53,527 bases of DNA from a virus (lineage: Duplodnaviria > Caudoviricetes): positions 1 to 53,527 of the IMG/VR virus record IMGVR_UViG_3300042922_000627; one strand, given 5' to 3'. The position numbers were made by a program, and so were the translations under genes. This document shows, one piece after another, positions 46,895-53,527 of the stretch; the first letter of the stretch is position 1, and every line of letters starts with the position of its first letter. A model generated the notes under the pieces. That model was given only the letters and a program-made list of their open reading frames with translations, was not told the origin of the DNA and made no database searches.

Positions 46895-46964
46895 ATTTCT
46901 GCTTTTCATCTTGCGTAAGTTGGCAAAAGAGCCCTCTTATATCCATCCATGTCAGTGTAACCAT
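46803..46964 (-). CDS. 53-aa protein antisense to the repressor 3' end; candidate antirepressor
   Basis: RBS AAAAGGAG; TATAAT at 47016-47011; hydrophobic pattern matches the repressor C-terminus. Confidence 0.62.
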   Translation of the reverse strand: MVTLTWMDIRGLFCQLTQDEKQKFIACLDSLQDTEDNLKPQVYDSQEELQKNV

Positions 46965-47137
46965 ATGTAACAACTCCTTTTGTTGTGAGATACCTGTCGA
47001 CATTATGTTAATTATAACGGATTCCGTTATTTTAAAAAAGAGTAAAACTGGCTAAATTTGTTAGTATTGATTAAGAATAGGTTTTTTATATATTGTATGG
47101 CATTAAACAATATGAGTATGGTCAGGAGGAGATATTC

Positions 47138-47593
47138 ATGGCCGAGGTTAACATCACATTACATTGTATGAATGGATTTACGTTATTCACAAAAGGCGAA
47201 AATCTAATTGTTACAACGAAGCGTGCAGAAGAAATATTTCCAATATCTAAAATTCAATCTTTTATTCTCAAAGAACCGAGGACACTAAGCCCTGGAAGCA
47301 TATTATTCCGCACAGCTCAATCATCATCGGCAGGTATTAATATAGGCTTTGGAATAGGTGTAGCTCTTGGAGCAGAAAAGACATTTTTCTTTCAAAAGTC
47401 AGATTTTGAGACTGCAAAGAACCTGCGTGATTATATTTCCGATTATGGCAAAAAGTCTTCCGGAGAAGTGACAAATGGTAAAACAGTTGTATCTGTAGTT
47501 GATGAAATTCGTGGACTAAGGGACTTGCTTGATGAAGGAATACTCACTCAGGATGAATTCGATGCAAAGAAAAAACAACTTTTAAGCTTGTAA
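47138..47593 (+). CDS. SHOCT-domain protein
   Basis: VDEIRGLRDLLDEGILTQDEFDAKKKQLL; AGGAGG RBS. Confidence 0.85.
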   Translation: MAEVNITLHCMNGFTLFTKGENLIVTTKRAEEIFPISKIQSFILKEPRTLSPGSILFRTAQSSSAGINIGFGIGVALGAEKTFFFQKSDFETAKNLRDYISDYGKKSSGEVTNGKTVVSVVDEIRGLRDLLDEGILTQDEFDAKKKQLLSL

Positions 47594-47772
47594 GAGAGTG
47601 ACACCAATGATAGAAATCATTTAAATTACTCTTCTTACACAAAAGACACAGAAATAATCAGTGGAATCATTTACAATTGTCCATTGTACTTATATTAACT
47701 TTACAAGGGCTACTTGTTTCTGCAAAATAATTGCATGTTTATATGACAAGCAACATTATGATGAGAGGAGTG

Positions 47773-49398
47773 ATGCCGGTGGCCAGAAAAGCTATGTTTG
47801 ATAGAAAGACGTCTGCGATTGCCGTCATCTATGCCCGGTATAGTAGCCATTCGCAAAAGGATGTCAGTATAGAGCAGCAAGTTGAGGAATGCCAGGCATA
47901 TGCTGACGTAAACAATATGAAGGTCATTGCTGTTTATGCCGACCGTCATCTTACGGGAAAAACGGATAAGCGTCCGGATTTTCAAAGAATGATGAGGCAT
48001 GCGGAAAAGAAACAGTTTCAGGTTATTATATCGTATAAATCAAACCGTATGGCTCGTAACATGCTTCAGGCTTTACAATATGAAGAAAAATTATCTAAGT
48101 TTGAAATCAGAGTCGTTTATGCAAAAGAGGAGTTTGGCGATAATGCTGCAGGTAGGTTTGCCCTTCGTACCATGATGAACGTTAACCAGTTCTATAGTGA
48201 GAATATGGCTGAGGATGTCATGAGGGGAATGCTCGACAATGCGGAAAATTGCCTCATTACGAACGGCTGTCTGCCCCTAGGTTATAAAAAGGGGGATGAT
48301 GGAAGGTATGCTATTGATGAGCCTGCAGCTGAAATAGTCAGGGAGATATTTACCCAAGTAGCATGCGGAGAGCCATTTATGGATATTGCTTCTGACTTGA
48401 ATACTCGCAATATTAAAACTAGCAAAGGAAATGTATGGAACAAAAACAGCTTTCATTCAATTCTGACCAACGAGCGTTATACAGGAGTTTATATATACGA
48501 TGAAGTACGAGTTGATGGAGGTGTCCCTCAGATCATCGACAAGGAGCTATTTTTCAGAGTGCAGGAGGTATTGAAAATGAAAAAGAACCCTCAAGGCCGT
48601 CACCGAATAAATGGCGATTACTTGCTCACTGGCAAGCTATATTGTGGCCATTGCAAAAGTCATATTGTTGGCGTATCAGGCACAGGCAAATCTGGCAATC
48701 TTCATCATTATTATGCATGTATGGGTAAGCGCCTTGGAAAGGTATGTAAGAAGTCACCGGTACGTCGTGATTGGATAGAACAGGAGGTCGCTAAAGCCAT
48801 CAAACAGTATATAATCCGTGATGATGTACTTAACTGGATAGCCGATACTGTAACTGAATACGGTAGGAAGAATAAGGATAACTCTCAGACCTCTTTGTTG
48901 GAAAACCAACTTGCCGAGAATAAAAAGGCTACAAAGAATTTGCTTTCTGCTATAGAACAAGGAATTGTAACGGAAACGACCAAAAGCAGACTTCTGGAGC
49001 TTGAAGCCGAGCAATCCAAAATCATAGGCCTTCTTGCAATCGAAAAATCAGAAATTCCAGAGATAAAAAGAGAGCATATTGTGGCTTGGTTGGAAAGTTT
49101 CAAGGATGGAGATATTGAGGATAAAAAGTTTCAGTCAAAGTTATTTGACACATTCCTCACTGCTGTTTATATTTACGATAATGATTTACGGATAGTATTC
49201 AATTTTACTGGAAAGAAAAATACAATTGAAATTCCATTAAAGGCGGAAATTATTGATAATATTAAGATTTCGGGTACGGCTGATAGTTCGTATAAATTCT
49301 CCTATGGGTCACCAAAAGAGAGCCATACGAACACAGCGGCAACCATTTATATGGTAAGCAATGTGTTCGTTTTGGTTTCACCACTAATTAGAAAATGA
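47773..49398 (+). CDS. Large serine recombinase (integrase)
   Basis: YARYSS, RPDFQRM, GY, Zn ribbon YLLTGKLYCGHC...YYAC...C, coiled coil. Confidence 0.96.
   Translation: MPVARKAMFDRKTSAIAVIYARYSSHSQKDVSIEQQVEECQAYADVNNMKVIAVYADRHLTGKTDKRPDFQRMMRHAEKKQFQVIISYKSNRMARNMLQALQYEEKLSKFEIRVVYAKEEFGDNAAGRFALRTMMNVNQFYSENMAEDVMRGMLDNAENCLITNGCLPLGYKKGDDGRYAIDEPAAEIVREIFTQVACGEPFMDIASDLNTRNIKTSKGNVWNKNSFHSILTNERYTGVYIYDEVRVDGGVPQIIDKELFFRVQEVLKMKKNPQGRHRINGDYLLTGKLYCGHCKSHIVGVSGTGKSGNLHHYYACMGKRLGKVCKKSPVRRDWIEQEVAKAIKQYIIRDDVLNWIADTVTEYGRKNKDNSQTSLLENQLAENKKATKNLLSAIEQGIVTETTKSRLLELEAEQSKIIGLLAIEKSEIPEIKREHIVAWLESFKDGDIEDKKFQSKLFDTFLTAVYIYDNDLRIVFNFTGKKNTIEIPLKAEIIDNIKISGTADSSYKFSYGSPKESHTNTAATIYMVSNVFVLVSPLIRK
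49286..49332. other. Candidate attP inside the integrase 3' end
   Basis: GTTCGTAT...ATACGAAC inverted arms spanning 47 bp around GGGTCACCA. Confidence 0.6.
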
Positions 49399-49401
49399 AA
49401 A

Positions 49402-49449
49402 TAGAGGTTACCTTAATGATTGAATAGTTTTAGGGTAGCCTCTTTTTTT
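49402..49449 (+). terminator. Integrase terminator
   Basis: AGAGGTTACC...GGTAGCCTCT followed by T run. Confidence 0.75.
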
Positions 49450-49539
49450 AATCATGTTATAACTAAATGTGTTATTTTATAACAAAATCCAGTCGAAATC
49501 CTTAGTTGCTGTTAGAATTTAACGCAAAGGGGATGGCTT

Positions 49540-49788
49540 ATGATTAGGATTTTACTGTCCACAAGGCTTGGCGAGCGTAGGTGGACTCAAGCGGATCTGG
49601 CAAGGAAAACAGGCATACGACCCTCGACAATCAGTGATATATACAATGAGATGGTGGAACGGATCAATCTGGAGCACCTCGACCTGATATGTGATGCTCT
49701 GGGATGTGATATCAATGATATAATCGTTCGGATACCGAATAAAAAATCAAAAACAGATTCGTATAACAATAACAAGAAAAAGGAGTAG
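49540..49788 (+). CDS. Cro/C1-type HTH protein
   Basis: TQADLARKTGIRPSTIS...LDLICDALGC. Confidence 0.9.
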   Translation: MIRILLSTRLGERRWTQADLARKTGIRPSTISDIYNEMVERINLEHLDLICDALGCDINDIIVRIPNKKSKTDSYNNNKKKE

Positions 49789-49802
49789 CCTACTCTAACA
49801 GG

Positions 49803-49835
49803 AAAAAAGCCCGAGTTTTACCCGGGTCTTTTTTT
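49803..49835. terminator. Bidirectional terminator
   Basis: A6-GCCCGAG-TTTTA-CCCGGGTC-T7. Confidence 0.7.
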
Positions 49836-50012
49836 ATATAAAAATTAAAGGTCCCTCTCTCCCGGAAGACCGAGAAAGAGGGATCTTATATAAAAGTAAA
49901 TAATATTAATTATAACATTCCTGTCTCGTGACGCTTTTAGAAAATAATCAGCCATAACTGACACTCCTAGTATTTTCTATTGTAATTATTATACTAAAGC
50001 CATAAAATAAAA

Positions 50013-50026
50013 TAAACATATGTTCG
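50013..50026 (+). promoter_or_regulatory. LexA (Cheo)-type box
   Basis: TAAACATATGTTCG between TATACT (49990-49995) and RBS AAGGAG. Confidence 0.68.
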
Positions 50027-50046
50027 ATTTTTAAGGAGTGAAATTT

Positions 50047-50346
50047 ATGCCATTTGGCCATGAGCAGAAGGAATGGGCTGAAAGAAAAGAGCATGACATA
50101 TACGAACAGAAGACTCAATTCAATGAGTTTATTACTGTTAAAGCTATGATGCGAAAAGATGGAAATGTTATTCCTACTACTTTTACATGGGAAGATCAAG
50201 AGATTAAAATTGAAAAGGTATTAAAGGTCCAACAAGGATCCTCTCTTAAGGAAACTGGTATTGCTGGAACACGATTTTTATGTCAGGCTATGAACAGACG
50301 GTTTTACTTATACTATACCGGAAGGCAATGGTATATAGATTTGTAA
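50047..50346 (+). CDS. Small protein paralogous to 285..518 (DUF6504-like)
   Basis: DGNVIPTTFTWED..IKIEKVLKV...G.AGTRFLC...YLY...WY. Confidence 0.75.
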   Translation: MPFGHEQKEWAERKEHDIYEQKTQFNEFITVKAMMRKDGNVIPTTFTWEDQEIKIEKVLKVQQGSSLKETGIAGTRFLCQAMNRRFYLYYTGRQWYIDL

Positions 50347-50462
50347 GTCGTGACTCAAGCAGATTGCGATCATAAAAAATCTGCATACTCTTGTAAATGT
50401 GCAGCTATTGCAACACGGTCGAGTAAATCTGCTAGTACTCTAATAGCTAACCCGTTTTGAAT

Positions 50463-50957
50463 TTATCGATTACCTCTTGTTTTATTATAGCCTTTGTTGT
50501 ACGAGTTATATACTGTGATTGTGTTTCGCTCTAAATCATTTAATGAATCAAACCCACTATTTTCTAATGCAATCATTTTAATGGTAAAATCATCGCCATA
50601 TTTGTAATCCGCATAAACATCCCCATTGCCCTTACCTGTAAAATGGTTGTTAACTCGATTCAGTACTTGCTGTCCTTGCCCAACATAATACAAATTTTTC
50701 GTCTCATTTAAGAGAATGTAGACACCTGCGAAATTATACTTGGAAGCATATTGGGGGCTACCTTTTCCGCCAAAACTCTTAGTCCTCATTCCAAAAAATT
50801 CTTCAGGTGTCATCTCTAAAGTGTTATTAGCTAACCGGGTAACTTGACTCCGAATTTTCTCTTTCTGATATACTTGAAAGATGAAAATACATATGATTAT
50901 TAAGATTAACAATGCAAAAATATATATAAAATTCTCTGGGTTTACCATATTTTTCAT
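50463..50957 (-). CDS. GIY-YIG domain protein with N-terminal membrane anchor
   Basis: AGVYIL...YYVGQ...R..NH...LE...GYN; hydrophobic N-terminus. Confidence 0.85.
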   Translation of the reverse strand: MKNMVNPENFIYIFALLILIIICIFIFQVYQKEKIRSQVTRLANNTLEMTPEEFFGMRTKSFGGKGSPQYASKYNFAGVYILLNETKNLYYVGQGQQVLNRVNNHFTGKGNGDVYADYKYGDDFTIKMIALENSGFDSLNDLERNTITVYNSYNKGYNKTRGNR

Positions 50958-51134
50958 CCCCCAATCAATTATCCATTTTGTTTATTTCCAATATATACAA
51001 ACAATTCTATCATATTAAAGAGCAATTGTTAACGGCGCAAGCAAATTCCGGCAATTTGTATAAGAGTATAATGTATGTTTTTTTCGCGATATGTATTATA
51101 ATTATGGTAAAAATATGTAAATACTGGAGGTTTT

Positions 51135-52409
51135 ATGGAGTATTTAGATTTAAATTTTAATGATCATGATTTTCTCAATAGAAAAACATTTGTTACTAAC
51201 ATTATGAGAGTAATAGAAGGGTGGAATCCTAAAAGTCAAGAAAATAAATCCATAGTTTTTTCTCTCGATTCTTCATGGGGATCAGGAAAAAGTTATCTAC
51301 TAAATATGTGGAGAAATTGGATACTAACTGATTATGAAAATAAAAATTATGCGGTAGCGTACTATAATGCCTGGGAGAATGATGATTTTAATAGTTCATT
51401 TACTCCTCTTGTTTATTCATTACAAGACATAAAAATTAATGACTCTAATGAAACAGTTTTCAAAAACTTTGAAGAGAGATCCAAAGCATTTCTTAAATCA
51501 TGTGCAATCGCATTGGTAAAAGATGGTATAAAAAAAGTTTTTGGTGATGAAACAGCAAATCTAATTGACAAAGGCATTGATGCAGCTTCTCAAAAGAAAG
51601 TGGAAGATTATTTTGATAGTTTTAGATCGTTTAATGATCAGAAAGAAAAGTTTACTGAAGCATTAAGAAATTTAATCCCTGAGGATGGGAAACTTATAAT
51701 TTTTATAGATGAGTTAGATAGATGCCGACCGACATTCGCTGTAGAAACTTTAGAAGTCATTAAACATTATTTCAATATTGAAAATATAGTGTTTGTTATG
51801 GCTATCGATTTAGTTCAATTATCACATTCAATATCAACTTTATATGGAAATGATATGGATTCATCTGGTTATCTACGGAGATTTTTTGATTTTAATATTA
51901 ATATTCCATCTGCGGATATAAGAGAATACACTCTTAATTTATTATCATCTTATTCTTTAAACCATTCTAATGATTTTATAGATATGGTAATAAATTTATA
52001 TGATAAATTAGGTTTGTCGCTTAGAGACGTTAATAAAATAACAAATAATTTGTCAGTTTTTCTTCTATATTATAAAGAAGTAATCGCTAAAATTGAATAT
52101 ACGCGCTTAATCCCAATAATAGAAATGTATCTATATTTTATGATTCTTAAGTATAAATATCCTACAATATACAGAACTATACTTAACACTGAATTTTTGT
52201 TTTATAATAATACTCCAAAATATGGAAGTGTGATAGAAAAGAAATATATTGTATCACCTAATATACAAAATTTTATGAAGGAATTAGAAAACGGTAATGC
52301 ATTAAGGATTGATGGTGTCCTTATAAAAAAATATGGATTTGAGCATGAAAACACTGTAGACGTGTCTTTTTCACAGCATATAGAAAGAACTATAGAAATG
52401 TTCAGTTAA
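51135..52409 (+). CDS. KAP-family P-loop NTPase
   Basis: SWGSGKS, YNAWEND, IFIDELDRCRP, YLRRFFD; very AT-rich. Confidence 0.92.
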   Translation: MEYLDLNFNDHDFLNRKTFVTNIMRVIEGWNPKSQENKSIVFSLDSSWGSGKSYLLNMWRNWILTDYENKNYAVAYYNAWENDDFNSSFTPLVYSLQDIKINDSNETVFKNFEERSKAFLKSCAIALVKDGIKKVFGDETANLIDKGIDAASQKKVEDYFDSFRSFNDQKEKFTEALRNLIPEDGKLIIFIDELDRCRPTFAVETLEVIKHYFNIENIVFVMAIDLVQLSHSISTLYGNDMDSSGYLRRFFDFNINIPSADIREYTLNLLSSYSLNHSNDFIDMVINLYDKLGLSLRDVNKITNNLSVFLLYYKEVIAKIEYTRLIPIIEMYLYFMILKYKYPTIYRTILNTEFLFYNNTPKYGSVIEKKYIVSPNIQNFMKELENGNALRIDGVLIKKYGFEHENTVDVSFSQHIERTIEMFS

Positions 52410-52427
52410 ATATATATTGTTATAAAA

Positions 52428-52455
52428 TGCCCTCAAGGATCTCATCCCTGAGGGC
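52428..52455. terminator. Hairpin between convergent KAP and holin genes
   Basis: GCCCTCAAGGAT-CTC-ATCCCTGAGGGC. Confidence 0.65.
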
Positions 52456-52462
52456 TATATTA

Positions 52463-52930
52463 TCATTTACCTTCTGTTATTTTTTCTCCTGCAGCATCAA
52501 CGGTACCTTTAAATAATGCAATAGCCTTTTTTAGAAATCCAGGTACAGGAGCTCCCATCTTGCCTGCATTTTCAATTATGCTGCCAAGCTCTGTTAATAT
52601 GTACCACACCACGACTACAGGACATAGCAATACCGTGTACTCAAAAGGTAGTTTTATGCTTGGTAGATTATTTATAATCGAACCTATAACGCCGTCAAGT
52701 ATAGCCGCAACTAGCACTACAACAATACAACCTGCTTTATGCCAAATTCCTTCCCTTCCCCTTTTTGAGCTCCATTCTCCGTTTTTAACAGCAGCAGCTG
52801 ATCCAGATACCCAATCACCGACAAGGCATGATATAAATATTACGACAAGCCACCCGAACCACCCCAACATTGCAGATATAGCCACAAAAATGCCTGTCAC
52901 AACCGCTTTAAATGCATTTATATTTTCCAT
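52463..52930 (-). CDS. Phage holin (holin_4-like)
   Basis: DWVSG...WSSKRGREGIWHK...ELGSIIENAGKMGAPVP. Confidence 0.92.
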   Translation of the reverse strand: MENINAFKAVVTGIFVAISAMLGWFGWLVVIFISCLVGDWVSGSAAAVKNGEWSSKRGREGIWHKAGCIVVVLVAAILDGVIGSIINNLPSIKLPFEYTVLLCPVVVVWYILTELGSIIENAGKMGAPVPGFLKKAIALFKGTVDAAGEKITEGK

Positions 52931-52931
52931 G

Positions 52932-53527
52932 TTACTTTCCTCCATAACTTTTTGCTATTTTTATAATCAGAGCTTTAAAGGCTGGGTCTATGTCCTTCCT
53001 TTTCAGCCAGTATGAGTAGCTTGAATCTATTTTTTCAACAACGATCTGAAGGGCCATTTCAAATGTCAACGGCTCTTGCATTGCAGCTTTTATCAAAGGT
53101 ATAAAGTTCTGCTCTGCAGCTGCCTTTGAATTTCCCCCGAAATACTTTGTTCCCGGGCAAGATTTATTTTGTACCCAGCAATGGTATATAAGCGTTGAAG
53201 TGGACGGAGTTATATTGAATTTTTTACAAAGCAGAGCATTAAGCAATATAATGCTTTGCTTTTGCTCCTCTGTCATATTGTCAGAATCGAAGTTGCCCAC
53301 ATTTTCAATTGTAATGGAGTTTCTGTTCTGATCTCCGAGGAATCCGCCTCCGTCTTTGGAAAGCGGCCGGCCAACACATATGGCTCCATCAGGAAATGTA
53401 CTGAAGTGCTGAGCTATTTCACTCATTTTGAGTGTATTAACATGATAATTCTCCATGCCCTTCATCAGTTGGAAATGGTTGTTTTTTACGTCTTTATATG
53501 CCGGCGATGCAGTATGATGTTGCTGGA
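52932..53527 (-). CDS. Endolysin, 3' part (amidase_2)
   Basis: IAQHF..FPDG.I..GR, SITIENVGNFD, YH...KSCPG. Confidence 0.88.
   Translation of the reverse strand, partial: QQHHTASPAYKDVKNNHFQLMKGMENYHVNTLKMSEIAQHFSTFPDGAICVGRPLSKDGGGFLGDQNRNSITIENVGNFDSDNMTEEQKQSIILLNALLCKKFNITPSTSTLIYHCWVQNKSCPGTKYFGGNSKAAAEQNFIPLIKAAMQEPLTFEMALQIVVEKIDSSYSYWLKRKDIDPAFKALIIKIAKSYGGK
53401..53527. repeat. Terminal overlap copy of 1-127
   Basis: Exact duplicate of the window start. Confidence 0.97.

Noticed and set aside
46997-47010. LexA box upstream of the candidate antirepressor
   Set aside because: TAACATAATGTCG only loosely resembles the two clear boxes and has the wrong spacing
49286-49314. tRNA gene (GTTCG...CACCA)
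   Set aside because: No cloverleaf, wrong T-arm spacing, and it lies inside the integrase ORF; better explained as an att site
49926-50354. TCGTGAC direct repeat flanking the second SOS-box gene as a target-site duplication
   Set aside because: 7 bp is too short to distinguish from chance and there are no transposon ends
53401-53527. 127-bp terminal repeat as a biological direct terminal repeat
   Set aside because: 127 is a common assembler k-mer length, the repeat falls mid-endolysin, and the terminase is cos-type (GpA)
1-53527. CRISPR array, diversity-generating retroelement, invertible tail-fibre cassette, genetic-code reassignment
   Set aside because: No regularly spaced repeat array, no reverse transcriptase or invertase seen, and core genes are full length in the standard code

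Overview
The window is an apparently complete ~53.4-kb temperate phage genome of a Clostridia-type Firmicute. The last 127 nt repeat the first 127 nt, so the assembly is circular, and the endolysin gene runs across the join. It combines a lambda-like head (GpA terminase, lambda-type portal, Clp protease/scaffold, gpD, gpE) with a P2-like contractile tail. It also carries early recombination/replication genes (Sak4, SSB, initiator, DnaC-like loader, RuvC-like resolvase), a cI/cro switch with four operators, a large serine integrase with a probable attP inside its 3' end, and accessory genes. Most notable: (1) a Na+:solute symporter + ParB + PP-loop (PAPS-reductase/IbrA-like) + ParB operon heading the late transcript just before terminase, behind a switch-like 5' leader, a candidate system for DNA modification with an imported substrate; (2) a ~50-nt antisense sRNA whose 5' end is complementary to the translation-initiation regions of at least two distant early genes; (3) an antisense 53-aa ORF resembling the repressor's C-terminal helices (candidate antirepressor); (4) two paralogous small genes, each behind a LexA-type box; (5) a repeat-bounded cassette region between the late activator and the late promoter. 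All protein family calls are from motif recognition and synteny only; no database searches were run.
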